This document shows, one piece after another, positions 8,161-17,916 of a stretch of DNA of 64,000 nt. A program made the translations under genes and the position numbers. The notes under the pieces are model-generated. The model saw only the letters and a program-made list of their open reading frames with translations, was not told the DNA's origin and searched no databases. The stretch comes from Pseudomonadota bacterium (GTDB lineage: Bacteria > Pseudomonadota > Alphaproteobacteria > SHVZ01), in assembly GCA_016195085.1 (NCBI GenBank), contig JACQAG010000054.1, positions 7,045-71,044 on the forward strand, read 5' to 3'. How positions within the stretch are numbered: the stretch's first letter is position 1; each line of letters starts with the position of its first letter.

Positions 8161-10527
8161 TCAGGCCGAGATCTGGGCGGCGTGCCCGAAGAGGCGGGCG
8201 GAGTCGGGCTCGACGAAACGCGGCGTGGCTTGGAATGCGATCTGACCGGCGATGCCCGTGCCCTCGCAGGCCTTGGTGAAGATGGCATTGATCTCGCGCC
8301 GCATGTCCGCCGGCAGCGCGGCCTTGGTGCGAATAACGAGATCGAGCCGCTTGGCATGCACCAGCCCATCCAGCTGGAAGGCGCCGAGCCTGGTCAGGTC
8401 AAGATCGACCAGGAACCGGGTCGACGGCTCCTGCGCCTCCCTCTCGGTCTGCTCCTGGCCGCCATCCTTATGCACGTACAGGCGGAGCTGCCTGATCGCC
8501 TCGCCGTCGAACACCGGCACGAACAGGGCGCGCCAATCCCCGGAGCTGGTTTTTGCATCGCTCGCCTCCGCCATCTGCCGGAATTCCTGGCCGAGCTTGC
8601 TCAAGAGCCGGCCGCGACCGCTGCGCTCGAGCGCGCTCGTGCTCTGCTCGCCGAGCCACGCCCGCACGTCGCCGCCCTTGAGGGCTGCGATGAAGAAAGC
8701 GAGCCCACCGGCGAGCTGTTGACCCGGGCGGGCGATCACGTGCTCGCTCAGCGACTGGGCCAGCTGCGGGTTGATCGCCCGCAAGGCATCCAGCGCTTCG
8801 GCGAGGGCCGGCCATTCATGGGCGAGCTGGATCAAAGGGTCGGGCTTGACCGCGCCCGGCGCCGCGCCGCTCGTCGCCAGCTTCGGCGCCAGCGACAGCA
8901 CCTCCATGCTGATTGGAGTGCCGACCGGTGGACTCATGCGCGTGACGAGAGTGAAAACACCATCCTCCGTGTCGACGACAGGCTCGCCCGCGAGCGTGGT
9001 GCCGGTGATCGAGCCGGTGAGGATCGGTGCGCCGGCTTGGGGGAGAACCGGCGGTCCCGAGCCGCCGAGGCTGAGCACGCGCACCAGGATGGCGCCACCG
9101 GGTCTGAGCGCCAGGACCGGATTGGCATGGGGACCGATTTCGGCCGGCGCGAGGTCTGCCGAGCCGTCGCTCGCGCCTGCTTGGGCCGGGGTGGCCGGTG
9201 CCGAGGTCTCGCTCGCCGCCGCGCCGGGCGGAGGTGCCGCGGTGCTTGCTGCGGCGTTGGCCGCTGCGCTCGCCTTCTGGGCGGCCGGCGATGCGGGGCC
9301 GGTGAGCGGAGTGGCTGGTGGAGTCGGCGACCGAGCCGCCGCATCTGCCGGTGGGCTCGCCGCGGCGACTGACGCTGGTGTTGCAGCCGCGGGGACGGGC
9401 GCTGGCGCCACCGAGGGGGGCGTCGACATCGAAGGAGGTGCGGCCGCTGCTTGCGGCGCCGCAGCCCCTCTGGCGGTGGCAGGCGCGGGTCCCGCCGTTG
9501 CCGGTGCGGCGCCGCGCGCGCCCCCAGCCGAGGCGAGGAGCCCGAGGGCGGAGAGCAGATTCTGCACGAGCCCGCTGCCCGGCGCGGCGCTGACACTGCC
9601 CGGTGAAGCGGCGGCCGCCACATAGGCCGGCTGGGCCGGCATGTTCGGCACCGGCTCGCCGGGCGCGGGCTCGTTGCCGGAAGTGCCCGCCGGTACCGCG
9701 GTCGCTGGATAGGGCGATTGCGGACGCGCCGGTGCGGGGCGGTTGGCCGGAGATTTCGGATCGCTCGGCGCTTCGACGGCCGCTTCGAGCAGCATCGTCG
9801 CCAAAGTCTGAGGGCTCACCAGCGTCGCCGGCCGGCGGGCGGCCGGGTCTGCTTGCGGATCGCTGGGCACGGCCAAGCGCGGCACGGGCAGGGGCTGCGG
9901 CAAGGTTGCCACGGGCGGGGGTGCCGTGTTGGGCGGAGATACGGTGTTGGATGCGGGCGGCGTGTTGGGCGGAGACGCCGCGCTCGGCAGAGGCGCCGTG
10001 TTGGGCAGCGGTGCCGGCGCGCCTGCCTCGGCGCTTTGACCTTGGCCCGGGCTGCGCTGCGCCAGCACTGCGGTAACGACGGTGCCGGGTGTGAGCACGA
10101 TCGCCGGGTCAAGCGGCGCCGTCGGATTGCCGAGGTTGACCGCCGGCTCTGCAACCGGGCTTGCCGTGGCGCCGGGTCCGGCAGAGGCCGGCGCCCTGCC
10201 GTCGCTGACCGAGAGCAGAGCCACCTGCGGGACGGCGCCGGTGCTCTGCACTTGCAAGGCCACCTTGGCGCCGTCGGGGAGGGCGGTCGCCAGCGCGATC
10301 GGTCCGTGATCGGTCACCACGAGCGCGCGGCCCTGCTCATCGGTGCCGGCGACGGTGCCTTGGATGATGGCGCCGGCATTGACGCTCGCAAATTCCGGCG
10401 GCGGATTCTGCACCGGCAGCAGCGGCAGCGCCGGCTGCACCGCCGATACGGTCTGCGTCGGACTGGCCTGCGGAACGGCTGGAGCTAGCTGAGGTCCCGC
10501 AGCCGCCGTAGGCAGGATGGTGCTCAC
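8161..10527 (-). CDS. Pro/Ala-rich FliK-like protein (C-terminal Flg_hook-type domain), second copy
   Basis: 788 aa, >300 aa of low-complexity P/A/S-rich sequence. C-terminus RFLVDLDLTRLGAFQLDGLVHAKRLDLVIRTKAALPADMRRE resembles the FliK/YscP substrate-specificity-switch domain pattern. Immediately downstream of flhG. Confidence 0.4.
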   Translation of the reverse strand: MSTILPTAAAGPQLAPAVPQASPTQTVSAVQPALPLLPVQNPPPEFASVNAGAIIQGTVAGTDEQGRALVVTDHGPIALATALPDGAKVALQVQSTGAVPQVALLSVSDGRAPASAGPGATASPVAEPAVNLGNPTAPLDPAIVLTPGTVVTAVLAQRSPGQGQSAEAGAPAPLPNTAPLPSAASPPNTPPASNTVSPPNTAPPPVATLPQPLPVPRLAVPSDPQADPAARRPATLVSPQTLATMLLEAAVEAPSDPKSPANRPAPARPQSPYPATAVPAGTSGNEPAPGEPVPNMPAQPAYVAAAASPGSVSAAPGSGLVQNLLSALGLLASAGGARGAAPATAGPAPATARGAAAPQAAAAPPSMSTPPSVAPAPVPAAATPASVAAASPPADAAARSPTPPATPLTGPASPAAQKASAAANAAASTAAPPPGAAASETSAPATPAQAGASDGSADLAPAEIGPHANPVLALRPGGAILVRVLSLGGSGPPVLPQAGAPILTGSITGTTLAGEPVVDTEDGVFTLVTRMSPPVGTPISMEVLSLAPKLATSGAAPGAVKPDPLIQLAHEWPALAEALDALRAINPQLAQSLSEHVIARPGQQLAGGLAFFIAALKGGDVRAWLGEQSTSALERSGRGRLLSKLGQEFRQMAEASDAKTSSGDWRALFVPVFDGEAIRQLRLYVHKDGGQEQTEREAQEPSTRFLVDLDLTRLGAFQLDGLVHAKRLDLVIRTKAALPADMRREINAIFTKACEGTGIAGQIAFQATPRFVEPDSARLFGHAAQISA

Positions 10528-10539
10528 GGCCCGAGCCGG

Positions 10540-11325
10540 CTACCCGCCGACGAGGTTGCGCACGATCGCCTCGACGTCGGCGGCTGCATCGGAGCCGGGA
10601 TGGCGCGTGAGCAGCGGTGTTTGATTGCGAATGCTTTCGACCACCTTCTTATCGCGTCTGACGATGCCGGCGAGCGGCGGCGCGATCTTGAGGAAGCCCT
10701 GGCAAGCCCGAAGCAGCGTCTGGTAGGTGCGTTGGCCTTCGGCGACGGAGCCCGCCATGTTGACGACGACGCGGATATCCACCTCGGGCTCGTCGGCATG
10801 GGTCACCTTGATGAACGCATAGGCGTCGGTGAGCGACGTCGGTTCTACCGTGGTTACCACCAGGCAGGTGCCGGCGCTCGCCGCCAGGAGCCGCACGGTG
10901 CGATCGAGACCGGCTCCGAGATCGAGGACGACGCTGTCATAGCTTGCGGCGAGCGCCACCAGCTCGGAGCGAAGCTGCGTCAGGCGCTGGCCGGGGAGGG
11001 TCGCCAGCGAGCCGTTGCCGGAGCGGCCGGCGATGATGTCGAAGCCGCCGTCGCCGTAGCGGGTGGTGGCCTGGGCGAGGGTGATGCGGCCGCCGATGAC
11101 GCCGCCCAGATCCCGCTCCGGCATCAGGCCCAGCTGAATGTCGACATTCGCCAGGCCAAGATCTCCGTCGAACAGGAGAGCCTTGCGGCCATGGCGGGCG
11201 AAGGCATGGGCGAGCGTGATGGCAAACCAGGTCTTGCCGACACCGCCCTTGCCGGAGGCGACAGCGATGGCGTTGCGCGCTTTGGGCAACGGCGAGGCTC
11301 CAGCGGCGGAATGGACGGTCGTCAT
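10540..11325 (-). CDS. flhG: MinD/ParA-family flagellar number regulator FlhG (FleN)
   Basis: Deviant Walker A AVASGKGGVGKT. Immediately downstream of and overlapping flhF. Confidence 0.8.
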   Translation of the reverse strand: MTTVHSAAGASPLPKARNAIAVASGKGGVGKTWFAITLAHAFARHGRKALLFDGDLGLANVDIQLGLMPERDLGGVIGGRITLAQATTRYGDGGFDIIAGRSGNGSLATLPGQRLTQLRSELVALAASYDSVVLDLGAGLDRTVRLLAASAGTCLVVTTVEPTSLTDAYAFIKVTHADEPEVDIRVVVNMAGSVAEGQRTYQTLLRACQGFLKIAPPLAGIVRRDKKVVESIRNQTPLLTRHPGSDAAADVEAIVRNLVGG

Positions 11326-12344
11326 GACGCGGCCCTATTGCGGTAGACCTGCTCTTCCTCCGCGCTCAAATCGGGAAGCAAGAGTCGTGCCAAAGACACG
11401 GGATTCAAAGCCTTAAGCCCTTCGGCGACCGACGCGGTGATGCTGACATCGGCGAATTTGAGGCGGCTGCCATCGACCGCGACCAAGAGGCTCGCGAGCC
11501 GCCGCGCCAGGTCGATGCGGGTTGCAACCAGGCTCTTGGCGCCGACGGCGGCGAAGGCGCGGGCGATGTCGGCTGCTTCCAAAGGATCCCCCCCGGCGGC
11601 GAGGACAAGCGCAGTCTCGGCCTTCGCGGCCTCCACCAGCTTCGCAAGCGCGCGCATCTCGTCCTCCAGATAGGGATTGCGACCGGCGGTGTCGATGATC
11701 GTCACGCCATTGCGCCCGCAGGCCGCGAGCGCGTCCTGCAGACGCTGCGGCGATTCCGCGGTCATGACGTCGATCTTGAGGACGCGGGCGAAGACCTCGA
11801 GCTGCTCGTAGCCGCCGGCACGCTCGAGATCGGTGGTGATCAGATTGACCTCGCGCTTGCGCATGACCGCGCGGGCGGCGAGCTTGGCAACGGTCAGCGT
11901 CTTGCCCACCCCGGGGGGGCCGATCAGCATGATCGGCTGGCGCTGGCGGCCGTCGGGAAGCGGATGAAAGCTGAAGGTCCCGTCGAGCGCGCCGGCCAAG
12001 GCCAGGATCGGATCGTCGACGCCGAGCGTGGTGGCCGCGCGCAACAGCCGCTCCGCCAAATTCGCCGGCACCCCATGCCGGTCGAGCGCATCGCTCAGCA
12101 CCTCGATGGTGTCTTCGCGTCGGGCCGGACGCTGCCCCGGCCGACCGTCGGAGTTTCGTCCTTTACCCGGCGCCGCGGCGCCGTCGACTTCCGCCTCGTA
12201 GCCCTCGAGCGCAGCGGTCACCCGCACGCCCTGGCCCCCTTCGCCCCGCTGGGTCGAGACGATGATCGCCTCCTCGCCCAAATGCTCGCGCACCAGCCGC
12301 ATGGCATCGGACATGGTCGAAGCATTGAAGGTCTTGAGGCGCAT
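11322..12344 (-). CDS. flhF: flagellar biosynthesis SRP-type GTPase FlhF
   Basis: GPPGVGKTLTVAKLA, DTAGR, and a polar-flagellum flhA-flhF-flhG arrangement. Confidence 0.85.
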   Translation of the reverse strand: MRLKTFNASTMSDAMRLVREHLGEEAIIVSTQRGEGGQGVRVTAALEGYEAEVDGAAAPGKGRNSDGRPGQRPARREDTIEVLSDALDRHGVPANLAERLLRAATTLGVDDPILALAGALDGTFSFHPLPDGRQRQPIMLIGPPGVGKTLTVAKLAARAVMRKREVNLITTDLERAGGYEQLEVFARVLKIDVMTAESPQRLQDALAACGRNGVTIIDTAGRNPYLEDEMRALAKLVEAAKAETALVLAAGGDPLEAADIARAFAAVGAKSLVATRIDLARRLASLLVAVDGSRLKFADVSITASVAEGLKALNPVSLARLLLPDLSAEEEQVYRNRAAS

Positions 12345-12365
12345 GGCGTTCGGGTGGGGCTGTCT

Positions 12366-14483
12366 CTAAATCTGGCCGAGCGTCTTGATCTTGGCTTTGG
12401 GGTGGATCTCGTTCTGCGACATCACCACTGTCGCCGGCCGGAACCGCTCGATGATCGAGCGCACATAGGGCCGGATCACCGGGCTGGTGAGCAGCGCCGG
12501 TACCTCGCCCATCATGGCAAAGCGCTCGAAGGTCTGGCGCACGGCGGTGATGAACTCCTGCAGCTTCGAGGGCGCCATGGAGAGCTGGCGATCGTCGCCG
12601 CTGCCGACCAGCGACTCGGCGAATGCCTGCTCCCATTCCGGCGCGAGGGTGATGAGCGGAATGTATCCCTGGTCGGCGGCATTGGCGTCGCTGATCTGGC
12701 GGGCGAGCCGGGTGCGCACATGCTCGGTGATCTGGCCGATGTTGCGGGTGAAGCCTGCCGCCTCCGAGATGCCTTCGAGGATAGTCGGCAGATCGCGAAT
12801 GGAGACGCGCTCGGATAGCAGGTTTTGCAAGACCCGCTGCAGGCCGCCGACCGAGATCTGGCTCGGGACGACGTCGGCGACGAGCTTCTGGTGGGTCTGG
12901 TTGGTCTCGTCCAGCAGCTTCTGGGCTTCGCTGAAGGACAGCAGATCGGGCATGTTGTCCTTCACCACCTCGGTCAGATGCGTCGTGATCACCGTCGGCG
13001 GATCGACGACCGTATAGCCGCGGAACATCGCCTCTTCGCGATTGGATTGCGGCACCCAGACCGCCGGCAGGCCGAAGGTGGGCTCGGTCGTCTCCTCGCC
13101 GGCGAGATTGATCTTGCCGCCGCGGGGATCCATGACCAGCAGCATCCCGGGTCGCAGATCGCCGCGCCCGGCCTCGACTTCTTTTACTCTCAGCACATAG
13201 CTGTTGGCCGGAAGCTGCAAATTGTCCTGGATGCGCACCGAGGGCATGATGAAGCCCATCTCGGAGGCGAGCTGGCGGCGGAGCGCCTTGATCTGGTCCG
13301 TCAGCCGGCCGCCCTCCGCATTGCGCACGAGCGGCAGCAGGCCGTAGCCCAGCTCGAGGCGAATGAGATCGATGGCAAGCGCGGTCGAGATCGGCTCTTC
13401 GGCCACCGGCGCCGGCTTCATCGCTTCGGCCTGGCGCTCCTGCTCGCGCACCTGGCGGCGCTGCATCTGCGCATAGGCGACGTAGCCCATGAACGCAGCC
13501 AGCGCCAGGAACGGAACCTTCGGGATGCCGGGGAGCATGGCCAAGACCACCAGAAGGCCGCCGCTCATCGCCAGCGCCTTCGGGTAGGCGGCGAGCTGGC
13601 CGAGGAGCGCCCTGTCCGTGGCCCCTGAGAGGCCGGCCTTCGTTGCCAGGATGCCGGCGCCGACCGAGACGACGAGGGCCGGGATCTGCGAGACCAGCCC
13701 GTCGCCGATGGTCAGCACCGTGTAGTTGTTGAGGGCTTGGCTGAGGGAGAGCCCGTGCTGGAAGGTGCCGATCAGCAATCCGCCGAGGATGTTGATGAAG
13801 GTGATGAGCACGCCGGCAACCGCGTCGCCGCGCACGAATTTCGAGGCGCCGTCCATGGCGCCGTAGAAGGTGCTCTCGTCCTCGAGCTCCTTGCGCCGCC
13901 GCCGCGCCTCGCGCTCCTCGATCAGCCCCGCCGAGAGATCGGAGTCGATCGCCATCTGCTTGCCCGGCATGCCGTCGAGGGCAAAGCGGGCGGCGACTTC
14001 GGCGATGCGCCCCGAGCCCTTGGTGATGACGATGAAGTTGATGATGATCAGGATGCTGAAGACGACCACGCCGATGATGAAATTGCCGCCCATCATGAAC
14101 TTGCCGAAGGCCTCGATGACGTGCCCGGCGGCGCCGGTGCCCGAATGGCCGTTCTCCAGGATGAGGCGGGTGGCGGCGATGTTGAGCGCCAGGCGCAAGA
14201 GCGTCGTGACCAGGAGGATGGTCGGGAAGGCGCTGAGATCGAGCGGCTTCTGGATGAACATGACGGTCATCAGGATCAGGAACGCCACGGTGATCGAGAT
14301 GCCGAGACTGATGTCCAAGAGCCAAGTCGGCATCGGCACCAGGAGCACGCCCATGATCGCCATGACGCCGAAGGCAAGCCCGAGATCCGAGTTGCCCTTG
14401 GTTAGGCCCTGAAGCTGCTGCCAGAATCCACCGAGATTGACCTCGGCCTGAGGTTGCGGCTGCTCGTTGGCGGTTTCGGCCAT
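12366..14483 (-). CDS. flhA: flagellar export apparatus protein FlhA
   Basis: 705 aa. N-terminal TM region and conserved FlhA cytoplasmic domain (FHGLSLSQALNNYTVLTIGDGLVSQIPAL...). Confidence 0.95.
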   Translation of the reverse strand: MAETANEQPQPQAEVNLGGFWQQLQGLTKGNSDLGLAFGVMAIMGVLLVPMPTWLLDISLGISITVAFLILMTVMFIQKPLDLSAFPTILLVTTLLRLALNIAATRLILENGHSGTGAAGHVIEAFGKFMMGGNFIIGVVVFSILIIINFIVITKGSGRIAEVAARFALDGMPGKQMAIDSDLSAGLIEEREARRRRKELEDESTFYGAMDGASKFVRGDAVAGVLITFINILGGLLIGTFQHGLSLSQALNNYTVLTIGDGLVSQIPALVVSVGAGILATKAGLSGATDRALLGQLAAYPKALAMSGGLLVVLAMLPGIPKVPFLALAAFMGYVAYAQMQRRQVREQERQAEAMKPAPVAEEPISTALAIDLIRLELGYGLLPLVRNAEGGRLTDQIKALRRQLASEMGFIMPSVRIQDNLQLPANSYVLRVKEVEAGRGDLRPGMLLVMDPRGGKINLAGEETTEPTFGLPAVWVPQSNREEAMFRGYTVVDPPTVITTHLTEVVKDNMPDLLSFSEAQKLLDETNQTHQKLVADVVPSQISVGGLQRVLQNLLSERVSIRDLPTILEGISEAAGFTRNIGQITEHVRTRLARQISDANAADQGYIPLITLAPEWEQAFAESLVGSGDDRQLSMAPSKLQEFITAVRQTFERFAMMGEVPALLTSPVIRPYVRSIIERFRPATVVMSQNEIHPKAKIKTLGQI

Positions 14484-14500
14484 GACCGGCTTCTACCGGC

Positions 14501-15874
14501 TCAGCTCGTCAAGCTCGCGCGCTCGCCCTCGCCCGGCATCGGCACCGGCACGCCCTCCTGGGTGTATTGCTTCAGCTTGTTGCGGAGCGTGCGGATGGAG
14601 ATGCCGAGAATATTGGCGGCGTGCGTACGGTTGCCAAGGCAATGCTGGAGCGTGTCGATTATGAGGTCGCGCTCGACGTCGGCCACGGTGCGGCCAACGA
14701 GCTGGGTGCGCTCGCCGGTGGCACGGGAGGAGGCGGCCTTGGCCGCCGCCGGCACCACGCCGCCATCGCCGCTTTGCTCGCCGGTGAGCATGATGTTCTC
14801 GACCTCGATCGCCGAGCCTTGGGCCAGGAGCACGGCGCGGTGCATGGTGTTTTCCAGCTCGCGCACATTGCCCTTCCAATGGTGGGCCTGCAGGCGCTCG
14901 AGTGCGCCGGGCGACAGCGACTTATCCGGCAGGCCGTTGGCGGCGGCATACTTTTTGGAGAAATACTCCGCCAGCGCGTGAATGTCCGCCGGCCGCTCGC
15001 GCAGGCCGGGCATGCGCAGATTGAACACGTTCAGCCGGAAATACAGATCCTCGCGGAACTCGCCCTTCTTGACCGACTCATCGAGATCGCGGTTCGAGGT
15101 GGCCAGCAGGCGGATGTTCACCTTGACCGGCTGATTGCCGCCGACACGGTCGATCTCGCGTTCCTGCACGGCGCGCAAGAGCTTCGCCTGCAGGCGCGGA
15201 TGCATCTCGCTGATCTCGTCCAGGAGCAGCGTGCCGCCATTGGCCTCCTCGAACTTGCCGACACGTCGGGCGATGGCGCCCGTGAACGAGCCCTTCTCGT
15301 GCCCGAACAGCTCGCTTTCCAGCAGGTTCTCCGGAATGGCGGCGCAATTGACCGAGACGAACTTCTCGTTCGACCGCCGGCTCTTGGCGTGGAGATAGCG
15401 GGCCATCACCTCCTTGCCGGTACCGGATTCTCCGGTGATGAGCACGCTCGCGTCCGACGGCGCGATCTGATCGGCGAGCCTGATGACGCTCGCCATCGCC
15501 GGGTCGCGGTAGACGAGCCGCGTGCTGTCCTCCGCGACCGCCTCCAGGACCGCGGCGATCAGCTCGGCATTGGGCGGCAGGGGAATGTATTCCTTGGCGC
15601 CGGCCTTGATCGCCTGCACCGCCGCATTGGCATCGGTGCCGATGCCGCAGGCCACCACCGGCACGTTGATCCGCTCGTTCTTCAGGCTGCTGACGAGCAT
15701 CGCCACGTCGAGCTTGACGTCGATCATCACCAGATCGGCGCCTTGGCCGGAGCGCAGAGCGGTCATCGCCGCTGGGATCGCCTGCACATGGGCAACCTTG
15801 GCGCCGCGCTCGTGCGCGATCTTGCCGGCGGTGGTTATATGGCCGTCGAGCGAGCCGACGATGAGTAGCCGCAT
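14501..15874 (-). CDS. flbD: sigma-54-dependent flagellar transcriptional activator (FlbD/FleR-type, NtrC family)
   Basis: Receiver-like N-terminus, AAA+ sigma-54 interaction domain (GESGTGKE, GAFTGA-like ESELFGHEKGSFTGA), C-terminal Fis HTH. Confidence 0.85.
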   Translation of the reverse strand: MRLLIVGSLDGHITTAGKIAHERGAKVAHVQAIPAAMTALRSGQGADLVMIDVKLDVAMLVSSLKNERINVPVVACGIGTDANAAVQAIKAGAKEYIPLPPNAELIAAVLEAVAEDSTRLVYRDPAMASVIRLADQIAPSDASVLITGESGTGKEVMARYLHAKSRRSNEKFVSVNCAAIPENLLESELFGHEKGSFTGAIARRVGKFEEANGGTLLLDEISEMHPRLQAKLLRAVQEREIDRVGGNQPVKVNIRLLATSNRDLDESVKKGEFREDLYFRLNVFNLRMPGLRERPADIHALAEYFSKKYAAANGLPDKSLSPGALERLQAHHWKGNVRELENTMHRAVLLAQGSAIEVENIMLTGEQSGDGGVVPAAAKAASSRATGERTQLVGRTVADVERDLIIDTLQHCLGNRTHAANILGISIRTLRNKLKQYTQEGVPVPMPGEGERASLTS

Positions 15875-15905
15875 GAGACGTCTCCGATCGAGCGAGTTCC
15901 GCTCT

Positions 15906-16751
15906 TCAGTCGAAATTCCTGAGCCGCTTGTCGGGCGGCAGCAAGGTGTTGAGCAGCATTTCCAGCCGCCGAGGATTCTCTTGCCGCCCGATGGAAGCGG
16001 CGGCGGTCAGGTAGATCGTGTTGACGAGGGCCTCCTCGCCCGAATTGCGGTCGAGCTTGGCCGCCAGCGGCGCAAACAGCATGTTGCCGAGGACCGCACC
16101 GTAGAACGTGGTGAGCAACGCCACCGCCATGCCCGGACCGATCGCCGCCGGATTGTCCAAATGGGCCAGCATCTGCACGAGCCCGACCAGCGTACCGATG
16201 AGGCCCATGGCCGGCGCCACTTCGGCCGCCCGACGGAGCACGCTGGCGCTTCTCTGATGCCGCGACATGATGGCGACCAGCTCCTGGTGCATGACGTGCT
16301 CGACCTCCTCCGGCGAGGCGCCGTCGACGACCATGGAGAGGGCTCGCCGGAGAAAGGGAAGAGCGCCGAGGAGGCCGAGCTGCCGCTCCAGCACCAGCAC
16401 ACCCTGGTTGCGGGCTAGCTGCGCCAGCTCAAGCACGTGCTCGGCGGCCTGGCGCGGGTCCCGGCTGGCGCGAACCAGCGCCAGCGCCACCGCCTTCTGC
16501 GTGCGGGCGATGTCGCTAAGCGAGAAGCACACCGTCGTCACCGCGAAGGTGCCGCCGAAGACGATGAGCGCCGCCGGCAAGTCGATGAAGGCGGAGGGCG
16601 AGCCGCCCAGCGCCATGGCCGCAAACATCAGACCAAAACCGGCGGTCAAGCCGAGAAAGGTGGCGAGATCGACCTGCCGGCGCGGCGGTGCGGCGGAGCG
16701 CTCGCTGGGCGCGATGTCGGTCAATTTGATCCTGGTGGCCGGATGGGTCAT
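15906..16751 (-). CDS. motA: flagellar stator protein MotA/PomA
   Basis: 281 aa, four TM segments, MotA/TolQ/ExbB signature (PAMGLIGTLVGLVQM). No motB adjacent. Confidence 0.85.
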   Translation of the reverse strand: MTHPATRIKLTDIAPSERSAAPPRRQVDLATFLGLTAGFGLMFAAMALGGSPSAFIDLPAALIVFGGTFAVTTVCFSLSDIARTQKAVALALVRASRDPRQAAEHVLELAQLARNQGVLVLERQLGLLGALPFLRRALSMVVDGASPEEVEHVMHQELVAIMSRHQRSASVLRRAAEVAPAMGLIGTLVGLVQMLAHLDNPAAIGPGMAVALLTTFYGAVLGNMLFAPLAAKLDRNSGEEALVNTIYLTAAASIGRQENPRRLEMLLNTLLPPDKRLRNFD

Positions 16752-16763
16752 GGCAAGCGAGCT

Positions 16764-17117
16764 CTACGACCTCTCCGACTTGATGATTTCCGTCATGGTC
16801 ACGCCGAGGCGCTCGTCCACGATCACCACCTCGCCGCGAGCGACGAGGCGATTGTTGACGTAGATGTCGATCGCCTCGCCGACCTTGCGGTCGAGCTCGA
16901 CCACGGCGCCGCGGCCGAGCTTCAAGAGGTTGCTCACCTGCATCGTGGCCTTGCCCAAGACCGCGGAGACCTGCACGGGAATGTCGTAGACCGCCTCGAG
17001 ATCGCGTGCCGATTGCGGGCCGCGCCCCGCATCGATCGCTTCGTCCTCTTCCTCCGCTTGCGCGGCTTGTGCGCCGGCCTCGAGCTCGTTCAGCTCCAGA
17101 TTTTCGTCCTTACCCAT
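16764..17117 (-). CDS. fliN: flagellar motor switch protein FliN
   Basis: 117 aa. SpoA/FliN C-terminal domain (IPVQVSAVLGKATMQVSNLLKLGRGAVVELD...IYVNNRLVARGEVVIVDERLGV). Confidence 0.85.
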   Translation of the reverse strand: MGKDENLELNELEAGAQAAQAEEEDEAIDAGRGPQSARDLEAVYDIPVQVSAVLGKATMQVSNLLKLGRGAVVELDRKVGEAIDIYVNNRLVARGEVVIVDERLGVTMTEIIKSERS

Positions 17118-17168
17118 GCTGCGTTCTCCTCATGCGAGCCGCTCTCGCGCGGCGGACGCCGACTCGTG

Positions 17169-17900
17169 TCATGCGCTGGCGGCAGCGGCGGAAGCGGGCA
17201 GGGCAGGGGCGGCGCCCTCCTCGGCGTCCGGTGAACGATCGAGCGCGCGGGCGACGATACGATCGATCTCGCGCCACTGCTCCTCGTTCAGGCGCTCGGC
17301 CGCCCCCGACGACCACTCCAACCGACAATCGCTGTCGCCCAGCGACTCCTCGCCGAACAGCACGAGTTGCCCCTCGAAGCTGCAGGCCTTGCCGGCGGCC
17401 TCGATCTGCGGGCGGAGCGGTTCGACCAGCTCGCTCGATACCCGGATGACGATGCGCGGCTCGTCGATCAAGGTCTCGATCACCTGGCGAACCAGGCTCT
17501 GGATCTCCTCGGAGCCGTGGCGGCGGACATGGGCGGGAATGACCTTGCGTGCGATCGCGTGGGTAACCTCGAGCGCATTCTGCATGGTCTCGTGGATCGC
17601 CTGGCTCTGGTCGCGGCCGAGCTCGGCCAGGGCCCGGCTCACCTGGTCCATGGCATCGGCGAGACGGCGCTCGAGCGAGGCCTGAGCCTCGACCAGGCCG
17701 GTATTGCGGCCTTCGTTGAAGCCCGCCTGGCGCGCCGCCTGCAGCTCCTCTTCGGAAAATGTCGGCGGCGGCGGCGCGGCGTTGGCTTCGGCTTCCTGGG
17801 CGGCGCGCTCCTCCTCCTCGCGCAGCCGATGAGCGCGCTCGACCGGCGTCTCCTCATCGAAGGAGTTCTCGAAAAGATACGGGCGGATCGTTGCCGGCAC
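17169..17900 (-). CDS. fliH: flagellar assembly protein FliH
   Basis: 243 aa, charged coiled-coil N-terminus. Positioned between fliG and fliN as in alphaproteobacterial fliF operons. Confidence 0.6.
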   Translation of the reverse strand: MPATIRPYLFENSFDEETPVERAHRLREEEERAAQEAEANAAPPPPTFSEEELQAARQAGFNEGRNTGLVEAQASLERRLADAMDQVSRALAELGRDQSQAIHETMQNALEVTHAIARKVIPAHVRRHGSEEIQSLVRQVIETLIDEPRIVIRVSSELVEPLRPQIEAAGKACSFEGQLVLFGEESLGDSDCRLEWSSGAAERLNEEQWREIDRIVARALDRSPDAEEGAAPALPASAAAASA

Positions 17901-17916
17901 TGGGCATTCCCCGGGG

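Noticed and set aside
7728-8369. Longer 213-aa version of the QueF-like ORF
   Set aside because: Its N-terminal third overlaps the 3' end of the upstream 8161-10527 gene in a different frame and is Pro/Ser/Arg junk. Start moved to ~8102.
8083-9625. Plus-strand ORFs (429 aa, 284 aa) over the FliK-like gene
   Set aside because: Antisense or alternative frames of a Pro/Ala-rich gene. Repetitive-codon artefacts.
12163-14325. 720-aa minus-strand ORF, Arg/His/Gly-rich
   Set aside because: Overlaps flhA in another frame. Low-complexity GC-frame artefact. FlhA frame is conserved end to end.
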